From NCBI GenBank assembly GCA_002269645.1, contig NIVC01001050.1:183683-247682 (forward strand): DNA of 64,000 nt, written 5' to 3'. Of this stretch, positions 25,724 to 39,659 are shown one piece after another; position 1 is the first letter of the stretch; each line of letters begins with the position of its first letter. The notes under the pieces were generated by a model. The model saw only the letters and a list, made by a program, of their open reading frames with translations, did no database searches and was not told the origin of the DNA. The position numbers were made by a program, and so were the translations under genes. Source of the stretch: Macrostomum lignano (Eukaryota).

Positions 25724-26511
25724 GACAGTGTACCCATGTGGACACGGCATATCCTAGTGGACACAGTATACCCATGTGAACACAGTATACCCATGTGGAC
25801 ACAGAGTATCCTAGTGGACACAGCATATCCTAGTGGACACAGTATACCCATGTGAACACAGTATACCCATGTGGACACAGTGTATCCTAGTGGACATAGC
25901 ATATCCTAGTGGACACAGTATACCCATGTGAACACAGTATACCCATGTGGACACAGTGTATCCTAGTGGACATAGCATATCCTAGTGGACACAGTATACC
26001 CATGTGAACACAGTATACCCATGTGGACACAGTGTATCCTAGTGGACATAGCATATCCTAGTGGACACAGTATACCCATGTGAACACAGTATACCCATGT
26101 GGACACAGTGTATCCTAGTGGACATAGCATATCCTAGTGGACACAGCATATCCTAGTGGACACAGCATATCCTAGTGGACACAGCATATCCTAGTGGACA
26201 CAGCATATCCTAGTGGACACAGCATATCCTAGTGGACACAGCATATCCTAGTGGACACAGCATATCCTAGTGGACACAGCATATCCTAGTGGACACAGCA
26301 TATCCTAGTGGACACAGCATATCCTAGTGGACGCAGTATACCCATGTGGACACAGCATATCCTAGTGGACACAGCATATCCTAGTGGACACAGCATATCC
26401 TAGTGGACACAGCATATCCTAGTGGACGCAGTATACCCATGTGGACACAGTACACTTATGTGGACACAGTATACCAATGTAGACACAGTACATCCTAATG
26501 GACAAAGTATA
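25724..26511. repeat. 19-bp minisatellite with two monomer types and higher-order structure
   Basis: CACAGTATACCCATGTGGA and CACAGCATATCCTAGTGGA; 4-monomer blocks repeat in the 5' half, then a homogeneous run of the second type. Orphan units near 26893-26925. Confidence 0.95.
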
Positions 26512-29426
26512 TACTGATTAGAATTCAAAGCCATTCCCAGCTAAACCTGTCCACCGCTGGGATTTCCAGGCTCTCACAATGTCATCATTCGCGCTGTCGC
26601 CAAAAAGCGATCCGTTCCTGCCCGCTGCATCGTTACCTTCATCAGCCGTTGCGACCAGCGAGGCCAGTTCCTCAGCCTCCGCAGCCGCGACTCGCTCGGT
26701 CAGGCAAGCCGCCACTAATCCGGCTCTGTCGCACTGCTCGTGCACCACTGACTCAGCCTACTCAAGCTTGTACGGGCCCGGACAAGCAGCCATTGTGAGA
26801 CACTAGAAGCAACTTTTGGGTTCTATTGAAGCATTTTTGTTAAACTTACGAGTATGCGCCTACCTTGAAAATTATAATTTAACTTGTATTCCCTGGTGGA
26901 CACAGTACACCCTGGTGGACACAGTATCCCTCAGATCAGCTACTGGTCTATTCCATGTTATCAGTTGCAAAAGAGTTCTTAAAATGGTTGGTCTATTGGC
27001 TTGACCCGCCTTTTTCATGCTGTCTATAAAACCCCGGAGACTGGATCTGACTTTCTTATCTAAAGCACAGCTACTTTAGCCCTCGGCAGTTGCTCTGCAA
27101 AAGATTTACCTGCTCTTTTCACTTCGCTACACGAATGCTCGCGGACTAAGGCAGACGTGATAGCGAGATGGGCCGCCCTTCTGTTTCCCATCTCGCCATC
27201 TTTTCGCTAGCGGCTATTTGTCCGACCAAGCTCTTGCAAAACACAAATGCTCAACTGTAAATTCTTACCTTTCATCTTCTAGTTAGATTCGCATCAGGGT
27301 TGCATTTATCAAACCAAGCCATTGGGCAACAGGCTTTTCTGTTAGATTTTTTGTGCATTCTTCCCGGGCAACCACGCCAATTATAAAACTTACTGTGTGG
27401 CCTCAAACGCACCGGCTTTCGTCCACCTGTCCACCTGAACATTGCACAGCTTTAGCCACACAAATCAAGGTCAAATTCTGAATCCGTTTAGTAATTCTAC
27501 ATTGTTTAGTCTATTTAAGTGTGCCAAAGTCAGAGTCTCAGACCAGATAGAAGCTATAATAGTACTAAATTAGCACATCCGATCTAAATGCATGTGTGTA
27601 TTACCTGATCCCACTCCGGAGGTCATTTCGACTGTCTTACCATTCGAAGGTGAAGAGGAAAGAATAATTGATTTAATTTTTCGAGGTTTCTCACAAATCA
27701 ACTTGTAGAGAAGGCGCGCGCGAAAAAAAGCAGAGCCGTTGAAAGTCAATTTCTTGATTTTCTCTAGCTTGGCTTTCAACATCGATCTGAGTTCGCTTCT
27801 GAGCGATCGATGCAGCACAGATGCTGCCAGTCAGAGTGAAGTGCTTCGAACAATTCTAGCAGGCTGTACCAGTCTCACGACATGCTGAATGTGGATGGCA
27901 AACCTTTTCAGCAGAACGAGAATCGCTGTGAAATTCTGAGGCCCATATCCTTTACTTCTTTGTCTGCATTTGCGTCTGAGTTTTCTATTCTCCAATATAC
28001 GGAGACTACACGTATAGTTGGTTGTTCAGTCCATCGGGAAAATTGACCCAAATATGCCGATGACACTTCCCCACGAGTCTCAAGTCGCTCGCATGCTCTC
28101 GCACTCTCTCCGTCTCTACCTACCAGTACCAACTCTTCCCTATTTTAGTCTAAAGCTAGGGGAAAACTTATCGAGCCCTGCAGTGATGTCCCCTCGACTT
28201 CCTTCTTTCTCCACTAGAATATAGAAGTATTAGCTGCGGATGAGGCCCGCACGTACACTGCATACTCGTCAATTCGTATGCACCGTGAAGTCGCTGAGTG
28301 CAGGCGCTTTTTTCGACGGCAGATAACTGAAGATCTGAGCAGCCAGACGGGCACTCTCGCTCTCTCTTTCAAGACCTCTTGGCCTGCGTGAGTACTAGTT
28401 AGTGTGCAGTCTGAAAGGTTCCAGGCATTAGATGGCACTCCCTGAGTACACCCCCTTTTCATCACAACACCTTTATCTGGCGATATTAAATAACCCCAGG
28501 GGTTAAGCAGGCCTGAGCTGCATATTGCTGCTGCTCATTTCCTGCCTATCTACTGAGCTCCATTTTGTTTGCTGCTTGCCGAGCTATCAGAAATCAGATC
28601 AAGTTTCTTTGGCCTTCAAGCATAAAATTTCGTTCTCATTTTTAGAAATTCTCTAGAAAATTTTCTTTAAAATGCTCTAATGAAGAATTCGACTGGAGCA
28701 TCGACTAAAGATTTGAGCATAGGAAACTTTATGAAACTTATTGAGGCATTGATTTGATCTACTCGTAGACTCTATGTGAGCTCAGTGATTTGAAGCGAAA
28801 AAAATTCATTTATGCCATTTCCGCTCCGAACAGAGGACAAAGCCAACTTTGTCTTTCTAATCCATCGAATCCGACCGACATTTCTCCTAGATTAAAATGA
28901 TGTCGAAACGATGAACTGAAGCGAAATTGAAGCAATAGGGAGCATCGCTAAGTCAGAAATAATCTGTTTATTTATTTGACTTTAGTATATTTTCAGCCCT
29001 AACTGATTTCACCCTCTCCGATGAAGATGGCTCTAAGAAGATCTTGGAATTAAACCATCAGATAATCCCTTTAAAGTCTTAAAATACCCTTTCAACACTT
29101 TTGCAACCGTCTTGACGTCGCAGCTTGATTCTGTCTCAAATTTCATGCATTCACTAGCTCAGGTGGGGGTTCATGTCCTCCGCATGCATGTACACTGCCT
29201 GATGAACGGCGAAGTCAGGGCAGAGAGGGTGCAGCCCCCTTCGTGCTTACCCGTCATGCAAAAACTAACCAGCTAACTGAACCCTTGCCCTCGCCAGCAC
29301 CACCAGACAATCCAGCGGCGCAGGTCCATCCGATCAAACGCGGACCAAGCCAGCGCCGACCTGATGCTGCTGCCCCACTGTCGAACGACAAGTTCATTTC
29401 GTGGCGCCTACGATTTGTCGCCGGCC

Positions 29427-29642
29427 ATGTCGGAGACGCCTGAGCTTTCTGGTGCGGCTGTTGTTGCAAGTGCCACCACAGCCGCCTCCTGCACAGGTGC
29501 CACCTCCATGTGCTCGAACGCAAACGCTGACAAATCTTCGTCGAGTCGAACTAGCGAACTCGATGGTCGAATCGAGCAGCAACGTGAACAGCTGCTGATG
29601 GATAGCGACAACGAGAACGAAAATGAGGATGAGCACTTCAAT
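29427..29642 (+). CDS. Probable first coding exon of an unidentified gene
   Basis: GGCCATG context, 72 open codons (MSETPELSGAAVVASATT...DSDNENENEDEHFN), strong donor GTGAGT at phase 0. Downstream exon not identified. Confidence 0.4.
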
Positions 29643-31774
29643 GTGAGTTTGCGACTATGTCATCCTCTTAAAGCACATTTGTGTACTCGCATAGCAAAAC
29701 ACATTTCGGTCGATTTTCAACGATGCACCTGTTATGACGGGTGCACGTAGATGGAAATGTCTACGAGCGTATGAATTAATGTATCACACTTCAATAACCT
29801 ACACTGGTATGCCGGCTTCTTGTCAGCTTCAGTGGAGGCGGGCTAGTAAACGAGAAGCATTATTCTTTCCTCTCCTGTCCTCTCAAATACCAAATAATGA
29901 AAAAACTATTGGCACTTTAGATCCGGCAGGCACGGAGGAGTGCGCTCTCGATATTCTGACAAGAATTACACTATATCGTGTAGAGTCCAAGAAGCTTATC
30001 TTGAGTTGCACTTACATTGGTCCACTTGAGATAGCTTGCAGTGGCTCGTATTATCGCTGCGTTAGCTGCATAGGCGCTGTTTTGCAATCCAAGTGCTTTC
30101 TGTAATGCATGACAATTTCAGCCCCCCCCCCGTAATGGAGGAAAAGTTGGTGTAGCTTTTAACCCAGAAACAATCCAATGCGGGGCAGCCCTCACATTAC
30201 TGTACCTACCGCTTGAGCATTGGCTAGAGGCCTGCACAATAGGGTCATTAGATAGGAGTCCTGATCCAAACTCTTCAACTCACTGTAGATTTTATTCCCA
30301 AGAAGACAAAATAACCGAAACTGACTGAGTCAACGCTGACTTGGCCAGCCGAAATAAATACATTTAATTCGTTTTTTCAGCTAAGAGTGTAAACGTTTCT
30401 GCGGAGCCATTTGCATGTAAGCTAATAGGTAGAGTTTTGCCCACGTCTCGTCTCTGGTCCTTTGCCAAGTCTCTCGTTTTCTTCTTTTAGTTGAAATTCA
30501 AGATCCCAGTCGCAAGGGAGAAACCAGCTGCGCCAGATCAATGACTAGTGGGGCCAATTAAAATTGATTGATTTTTGCTGGCCCATAGAAAAAAACGACG
30601 GCATATCGTCGAGGGACGCTGAAGTTGTGAATCGTTTATTGTTTGCAGAGAGAAAGGGAGAGAGAGAGGAGGCAGGGAGCAAAGTGAAAAAGTAAGGGTG
30701 GAAGTTCTTAGAGGCTTTGTGTTTGGTGTCTGCTACCAACTATGGCGTCTCCTATTGAGCACCAACAGGGGGGCCGGGGTCATTTGTATTCCACAGCTGA
30801 AAGGGCGTTCAAACGTGTCGGATGGGAGGGGCGAGGGTACCCAGTGAGAGTCTGGGAGGAGGTTTGCAACCCAATTTTGGGAGGAGGAGCTGCTCCACCG
30901 CCTGACCCCTCAGGCTCCCTCCGCTCCGCCCGCTCGCCTCTCCCTCGCTTTGGTCAATCGCTCACATTTCTTATGCTAATTGGAAAGCAGTGCACGATCA
31001 CTTGCTTGGCCTAGGGACAGGAGGCTGAAGTGGGGTTGTTGCGAGGCTTCTGATCTCCGCAGCCGGCCAAACAGACACGCAGAAGGCCCTCAAGCTAGGG
31101 GACCGGTTTCGACCCCTCCCTACTTTCGGACGGTATCTTAGCATCTAGTGCCGCTCAGGATAGGGAGAGGGGGCAAAAGAATGGTATTGAGGCGTCTGAG
31201 ATGGAATGATGGCGACAGAGCGTCGGGCGTTGATTGAAACGACTGGGGGTGGGACGGGAGTCGAGTGGGATCGAGCTGGAAAGAGAGTGCAGCAAGTGGC
31301 CTCGCGCTCGGAGTCGAAATGCTGGGAACGAACGCCGGTCGAAGCACCAGCGTCAATTGGATTGCTTGCGCCTCTGGCCCCAAAGCAGCCCAATTAATTA
31401 AGGATCTCTCTATCTCTATACGCACTCGTGCGAGACTGCTTTGCTCCGTCTATAGCTCGAATCCATTTTCTATTTCTGCATTTCACTTTTCACTCGGCTG
31501 TATCGGCACGATTTGATCTCACGATGCGTTTTCCCTGACTTTTTGCAATGTTTAATTCGGACTCGAACGCGTTAATTAAATGTAGAGCTGCTCTTAACAG
31601 GAGGCTTACCTTACGGACTAACTTTCTATAGACTGCAATGAAGCAGTCCGAGATTCAAGCATTGCCAGCAGTGACATAAGCGCGCATACAAACTGATCGA
31701 AGGACATTGCCAAGGTTTAGTTTAGTTTAGGTAGTTAGGTACGCGCGGCTGGTATATGGTTATGCGACAGGTTG

Positions 31775-32084
31775 TTTTATTAGAGTCAGGGTGTGCACCC
31801 TTGCGTACGTTAGGCAACATTGTCACACAACTGGCGATAGACATTACTGTCCATTCCGCTGACCCCCGCACAGGCACACACTCAAGGAGGAGTGTACAGC
31901 GGCTCTAACCTTATTTATCGTTAAACACCATAGGCACCAGGAGTTGACCCTCAAGGACTTTAACTGCACGAGCAGACCCAAACCGAGATTTAAATTTAGC
32001 ACCAATTATAATGTGACCGCACTTGGAATCAAGCCTGGACCGCTGGAACATCAGAGCGCCGCGCTAGACGACTAGGCTACGGCC
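31775..32084 (-). mobile_element. tRNA-derived SINE-like element (second family)
   Basis: Minus strand head GGCCGTAGCCTAGTCGTCTAGCGC (A-box-like) ... GGCTTGATTCC (B-box-like). 3' extent approximate. Confidence 0.45.
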
Positions 32085-34372
32085 CCCCAAGTAGCCGGTT
32101 CAAAGAGAGCTTCTCGATTTTTCAACTCTTAACTGTTTGGTCCTGAATGTTTATAATTAATATTGCATAGATTTTAGAAAAAAATCCTTTGAACAAATCG
32201 TTTACCCCCAGCAAATGAAAATTTCCAACAGATCCATCGGAGTCGAGCAGACTTGACGCGCTTATCGAGCTCCTCATTTTGAGTTGCAACATCATTTTTG
32301 AAAAAAAAATAATGGGAGCATCTGGAAAATTTAAAAGCCCATTGTGTACAAAATCTCATTTTTTCAGCTGGAAATATCTAATGTCCATTGAACAGAGTGG
32401 AATCTAGCCGCTTTTATTTTGACTGGCAGGTCTTCCCCAAGGCTGATTTGCTGTGACAGTGGACCATTGAGTTTGAGCTTTCAGTTTGAATAATATCAAC
32501 CAGAGATGGGGAACGGTGGCTGCAGCCGAAATCTGTGCTCAGGGTATTGCAGGGATTTCACTCTTCAGATTGAAACTGCAGTGCATCGGCCTGCAGCGTC
32601 CTTGAACTGGAGCGGACACGTCCCCGGGGCCCCTGCTCATCTCTCAAATTTATGGTCTGATTAGCCCTTATCCGCGGCTCTAATCCGCACCTCCGTAGGT
32701 CGGTCGGCCCGTCAGAATTATCATCATCATTAGCCTGCTTTAGCTCTGTTGCAAGTCAGCATTTTCTACTAGTTTTAGCTAATCACGCCGTTCCGCTGTC
32801 TCACCTTCTCAATATTTCGCCCGCTGCATTTCGACCTCTTCAAGCCTGCGGCTTAAGGACTCTTCATTGGATAGACCGAATGCTTATATTTTGAGAACAA
32901 ATTTGCAACCGTTATTTACTCTCTTTTCATCGACCCCTATCGCAGGTGTTTGACAGTACAGAAAGGCTGTCAGCCACCAGTACCCTGTATTCAACAGTAC
33001 GTCGGGCCCGTATTTCTCGTGCTCAGGAGTTTTACTCCCAGGTAATATTAGATCGTATCTACCTATAATTATGCACGAGATACGCGTGTTGGACGCCGAT
33101 GCTCTTCAAAAGCTCAGCTGCACACTTTTTTAACTACGAAGTATTTTGCTTGCTAATCAGGCTAATTCTCACCGCCATAAAATAAAGCTAATGTTTACGT
33201 AATAATCCGGCTTGCGCAAAAATTTCCATAGCATTTTTACATCGGTTGTTCCATTTGGTGCCTCATTTCATGGCGGTTTGAATGAAACGTTATTTGTAAA
33301 ATTATCTGTATTTGAAGTTTTGCCTGCGTTGCATTGGCAAAACGCACTTACGGCTTCATTGGCACGTGCACACTGCAACAGTCTATCAGTATGTAGAACT
33401 AGCAATACTGTCCTCTATGCCAGGAAGTTCCTAGCACATCTATACACTCTGCTAACTGGAATGTGCTGCCATTTACTGACGTCAAATTGCACAACTTTTT
33501 ACACCAAGAAGAAAAGCACACTGCAACAATCAACTAAAGCATGTTCTGCCTGACGCAAGAGCGCAGTGTCAAAGCATGATTTGAGACCTGTTTGGTAGTT
33601 CCAATATGACTGCCATGTGCTTTACGCGAGTTTCTATTCTAGCTTGGCTCTTCTAGCTCATCAGGCGTCTCCCCGCTCACTCTCGCTTTGTAGGCACAGT
33701 AGAGACTTCTCAGCGACAGGCTACCATCATCTGGCTTCTCTTGTTGAGAAAGACCGATTCAATAGTCTGGTTAAATATTCATTGGCCCAGTCAGCAATGG
33801 CCCTGGCAGCTTTAAAATGCTTTCCCCTCCTTCCACAGCTTAAAGTGGAGGTAGGACATCGGCTCAACATCCCTGATGGGAGCCCACAGTCCCAACTCCC
33901 AAGTAGAAAAAATTTAGCAAAAATTAGTGGGGAAAAAGCAGCAAAGTTGTAGTGCAGCAAGTCAGTCAGCTTTTTCCTATGGGCATTCATTCATTCTACC
34001 TGACTGACAAACATTATCTTACGGACGAAAGAGTCCCAGTCTCAACTCCAGCCAGACCAAAATGGCTCAGCTGAAGTGCTCTGTCACAGTCAACCCAAGC
34101 TGTCATTCCATTTTCCATGTTTTCTTTGTCTTAACAGTTTTCTGTCTCTCTCACTTCTTCATTTGTTCTCGTTTATTCGCGACGTTTTTTCTACCTAACC
34201 TTGCCTCGAGTCTTCTTCATTTAGTCCATCTTCAAGAACCCTTTTCTATCCAAAGAGCTATTTGGCTACAGTGATCGTTTTCGGAAGAAACATTATGATT
34301 TTTTTAGATTTCAAAGCATTTTGAGGCAATGAAACTCGATCTTATGCAACAAATTTTATTATCAATTTTGAG

Positions 34373-36763
34373 ATGAACATCCGCCTTCTTCACCTGGGAA
34401 TTTCCCAGTCCCACAGCCGGGCCTGCGCACCGACCTTAGTGATCCAGAACCAGGCTAGAGGCTCGCCCTACGCATTCACCGACAAAGCTCGCTGCCGGTC
34501 CAGGCACCGCTGTCACTGCCACGGCAACAGTCTACAGCCGCTGCCGCTGCCCCCGCCGCCTCAAGAGACAGTCCAACCCGAGCCGATGTTTGAGCTAATG
34601 CAGCAGCAGCAGGGGGCGCCAGTCTTGCAGAATCACATTGACGAAGATGACGATAATTTTGGTGGCTGGCCGTTTCATCCGCAGATGAGGATGCACAGCC
34701 TTCAGCGCGAATACCGAGGGCAGAGTTTCCCACGCCGGTTGCCGCCGGGCCAGCAGTGCTGGGAATGGGAACCTATGAGCCAGGGACAAGCGAATCCCCT
34801 GACTGGTCTGGGAGCTTCAATGCCGAACGAACTAGCCGCGGCCACGGCTTCGACCATTAGACTGGAGAGACGACGTCAGGACGACGCATGCGTTCGACAA
34901 AATCGCCGACGGCGGCCGGAGAGAAGCAGCAACGGCACTGGCGGTCGTCGCAAAGGCTGTTGCTGTCCACTGCTATTGATGAGCCTCTGCCTCTGCGCCG
35001 TGTCCCTTGCCTTGCTGACCATTGGCGGAGTCTTTCTGGGACTTCACCTTCGCAGCCAAGCGCACTCTGCGTTCTTAGCCGCTGGGCCAACCGAATCTGA
35101 CGCAACGGCTACTCCAGCTCTCGTTGAAGCGGCAGGATCGTCTTCGCGGGTGCCACCAACAATGCCTGCGACAGCCGTTTCAACAACGGCGCCTTCGCCA
35201 ACGCTGGATCCAGTCGAAACGGAACTCTCAGAAATTCTACGTCAGTTGAATCGTCGGCTTATCGGACTAGTGAACAATCACACGCACCCATGCGAAGATT
35301 TCTACAGATACGCATGCGGACACTTTGATCGCTATGCAAGTGAGACGCTCCACTGGCCGATGGCACTGAGAAGCCGGCAGCAACAATACAATCGTCCCAC
35401 GAACATCATCGAGCTAACGTCAGCCTTGATAGCCCAGACTGTGCGTCGTCGATTAAACGGTGATTTTGACGGTCTAGGAGCCGTTCAAGCTGAACAGCTT
35501 CTGTCAACGGAGGGCCAACAACTGACTGGCGCATTTCGCCGCTGCCAAATTCGACTGGAGGTTGGCGTCGAGAACAGTGACGACCTGTGCGTCGCGTCGT
35601 TGCAAGTGGCCGCGCCAGAGTCGGTGAAGTCGTTGCTTCGGTATCGCAGTTTCAACGCCACTGGTGTTCATGCTGTCCTAGTGAAATTGTTCAACTCGTA
35701 AGTTTGGCTTGAGGAACGGGGCGCAGAATAGTACAAAGTACAATTTATAGGAGCTTAGAATAGTTCAAGGGCATAGCACAGATGTACGCATGTGCACATT
35801 CAGTCACATACGTAGATGAATTTGAATCCGAATGGAACAACGATGTCTTTCTATGAAAAAGGCTTCTTTTTAGTTCGCAATTTTTTCCAAGCTGACTGCA
35901 ATTACAAGCTGACTTTACAATTTCACTCACCAACCCTACGGCTTCACAGGGCACGCGACGAGCTGACGAGACGAGTGCAAGACGCGCAGAAAATCAGCCT
36001 TCACACGCGTCAGTCGATGGCTAACCGCCTTGACCGTATTCACCCCATGATTGACTCATCAGGCAATGCCGATCTGAGCGTGCTGCGACACGAATTTCAA
36101 AGCAGCAGGCATTTAAACAGGCGCCTAGAACAGCTGTACCTGCAGATGTCTGACCAAGCCGACAAGCCATGCCAGCCAGAGCCGTGCAAGGAACTCCGCG
36201 AGTCTTTCTCAGCCTGCGTTTGCCTCACGAACAGCAGCGACCTCTGGCTGCCGTTCAGTTCAATCAATCCACCGCTGTTTCACCTTGCCTACCCAGAGGA
36301 GCTGATGTACTCCTACTTGGGCGCCTCCGTAGCGGAAGTTCTGTACTGGAGCATCTCCCCGAAGCACCGTAAGGACTTATTTTCGTCAGCAAGTGAGCAC
36401 CTGCTCACAAAGTCATTCGAGTGCTTTGCAAAACAGCTGCCTGGTGACAAGCCAAACACGAAACTAATTGAAACGCTCGTTGCTAAGCACGTGTCACTGT
36501 CCGTGTCTCTGGTACTATTCCGACGAAGTCTTGGAGTCGACAGTTTTTTAAGTGGCGGTCCCGAGGTTGACAAACGACTGCGTCTGTTCTTCCTGAACTG
36601 GGCCCAGACGCAGTGCTCGACTGACGCAAGTCAATCAGCGGACAGCCGTCTGCTGCTCAACGCGGCGCTCCAGCGCCAGACGGAATTTGCCAGGGTGTTC
36701 CAGTGTCCGCAAGGCTCCAGGCATCACTGGACGGCAGCTCCGGTGCCGTGCCACTATCCCTAG
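34373..36763 (+). CDS. M13 (neprilysin/ECE-like) homologue, type II membrane, catalytically inactive and shortened (about 712 aa)
   Basis: Exons 34373-35697 and 35950-36763 (TC|gtaagt...cacag|G). TM segment LLLMSLCLCAVSLALLTIGGVFLGL, hallmark PCEDFYRYACG, C-terminal LFFLNWAQTQC...EFARVFQCPQGS. HExxH position reads AEVLY. True start uncertain. Confidence 0.85.
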
Positions 36764-39659
36764 CCTTTTTAACCTCTGGATTTGTTTGGAATTTATATTT
36801 TTCACAAGCTGAAGAAATCGAGGCCCTTTAGTCTTGAAAACTTTCCTCTCCGTGCCCAGTAATAACGACCGTATCTTTTGTAAGATTTGTTCTTTTTCTC
36901 ATATACCATCTAGTCCGATTGCAAATGCAGTATGAATGCGTTTGTACCGTAACAAAAATGGGTTATTGCGCTTCCTGGTAGGTCACCCGATTTCCACTCG
37001 CACAATAATAATTTATGCATGCGCTCATCCAGCTCTAACATTGACGGACATTCAGTTACGCATCGCAAAGTCATCATTCATCAGAGTGTGTCAACTTTTT
37101 ATCGTTATATATTTTGTGAAATAAATTCGGCCTCGAAAACATTTGGGAGTCCGAAAATTCAATTTTCTCGCAGAACTGAACTTTTGCGATCTTCACGATC
37201 ATTAAGATCATTTAAGCCTATCTATCCCTTTAGGCTGAAAATGCAGTTTTTTGGCGTTAACTGACAAAGTGGTTAAAAGTGGTTAAAATTCTATTGTGGT
37301 GCCATTAGCCGAAACCTGTTATTACCCATCGACAACAATGGGCCATTTCTAGCATTTACCGCAATTTTCACTTTGGGCCGAATTGTCATTCACTCATAAA
37401 TCACTCAAATATTTTCAAGCAAAAATTCTAAAGGTGTGCCTTTCAAACACTTTTTGGCAATAAGCTGAATGTTTTAACAAAGAGCTTTAACACGTTTTTG
37501 AAAGTGGCGGCTACTGCAGCTAATGCAAGGTGTGACGCAAAGCAACTGCCGACATGGCTTCTAAAATTCTTCGATTTCAGAAAGATATTGTATAGAATAT
37601 ACCAAATGACATTTTCTGGTAAAATTCCAATGATAAAATGCCGCTTTTAATCCTGAAACAGTAGCATATGTACTTTAAATGTAAGGGGTTGCTAGTCAAT
37701 TTGGCAAGCGAATTCGCTGTAGGTTAAGCTGAGTTAACTGAGGTTAGCACGCAAGTTAAGAGGCTTTGCATCACCCTTTTTTAGATTAGGTTTGGTTTGG
37801 ATTAGGATTAGAGTAAGGGTTAGGGTAAGGTTTAGTCAATTGTTATAGAACCCCTGGTTTGCTCAATGACCAATGATTCAGTTGATTTTGTTATTTGAAG
37901 CAGCCATCAGCAGCCCTTAGACATGCAGAGAGGTAGACAATACAATCGCCATAGCAAGCGGTTACCCTTAAAGCTTAAGACCCCACCAGCTTGCACAGTC
38001 GGCATAATTGATTCACTACTGTTTGTTGTTAGTCAAGCATCCTTAACGAATGATCACACGCAACGACGCTGCAGTGTTAAGAGAATACAGAGACGAAGCT
38101 AGGTAGTAGGTAAGTGATGATGAGAAACAGGCAGCTCACAAATGAGTGCTGTGCTCAGCAATCATCATTAATGAGTTGAGCGTTGTGTTTTAAGAATGGC
38201 TGTTCTCGGCCAGACGTGCCAACCCAGCCGGTCAGGGGACGGTTTTTAGCACACTTGAGTGACGGGAATCAGAATGCATACAAAGTGCATGGGGAACTAA
38301 CTGTACACAGTATACGGCTTGTCGGGTGCTAACGTTTAGATTGTAGTAAAGAATTTACATGTAAATATTGTTGCAAGCCAAGCACAAATTGAATCAGCAG
38401 CCGCACCAGTTTCACCGTTCGATCCGAAGTCCAAGTCAGAAGTAGGTCTTAGTTGCACCATAAATGAACAGATGGTCGGATGTGAATGGAAAATGAACTG
38501 ATGAAATTATGATGGATGGCTTGATTGTCACAGGGAGATAGTCTATGGGCCAAAGCCCTTCCATAGCAGGGATGGTTGGCTGAGAATGTCTTGAGTGTAT
38601 CGTTCTTCCACTCCGGATTAAGTCAACTGCTCCCAAGCTCAAACTGACTGCAAAAAGCTATAGTCACTGTTAATAAGCCGTGCATTGCTAATGCAGAACC
38701 TCCAATTCTCCTTGAGAAGACAGAATTAAGTTGGAGGCCAAACACAAGGTAAGAGAGTTAGAAAAGAATAAAATCCATTAGTTAGTGCCAATTGAAGTTT
38801 CTGGCTGAGAGCGAAAGTCAGAAAAAGACAGAAGTGGACAAGGCCGTCTAAATTGGTTCGCCTGAAATCCCGGGCAGACAAGCCAACTCTGCAAACAGAA
38901 AAGATATTGTTGAAGGCCGGGAGAACAAGGAAGAAAGACACTTAAAAAATTCAGTTACTTCTTGGGACCATTTAATGGTTAATGTTTTGAACCCAAACTA
39001 CTAAAAGCTTCTAGTAAAAGCACTATGCTTACTACTTATTTTACTGTAGTAGTGTAAAGAGTTTTTGTGTGTAGTATGGCGACTATATTTAGCAATATTC
39101 TACACACTATTGATAGATAGTAGTGCAATATATAAAGATCTGTAAATATATAATGGGATCAAATAGAAATTCGGATTTGTTGAAAAATAAAAGTTAGAGC
39201 GGTAGAAAGGTATATCGATATTAGGCAGAAAAATTAAAAATACGCCTTCACATAACTTAAATTTTGATAATCACTTCAAGTTCAGGAGATGTCAGTTTTA
39301 TTGTGTTAATTTTAGGCATTTGACAGCTGAAGTAGAAGACGCCACACTCGCAACTCGTGCATAGTAAAATCCCATTGACTGATCGATGAATGACTGACAC
39401 TAGCCAAAAGCGTTAATTGGGTTTTATCATAGACAAGCTGGGTAGCAGGATATACTGTGCTATCTGTAGTATATTTTGCGATCCTTTTTGCTAAAAAAAA
39501 CTACGCATTTTGCTGATACGTTTTTCAGCAAAAATCGGTCTCTAGTGAACTTTGCACAATTTTTTAGTGTCTTCTGATTCAACTGGCCAATGAATTTATA
39601 CGTTTGACGGTTGCTGATTTTAATGTTAGTTAAAAATAGTTTGTAGAACTCATAACAGC

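Noticed and set aside
26518-26760. GC-rich, coding-like minus-strand frame (VHEQCDRAGLVAACLTER...)
   Set aside because: May be an exon, but no partner exon or family motif was found, so it cannot be supported.
27570-28465. Patchy coding-like frames on both strands (F-box/LRR-like impression)
   Set aside because: Several stops and frame changes and no diagnostic motif.
37775-37840. TTAGGG-like run
   Set aside because: Short and degenerate; not a telomeric array.
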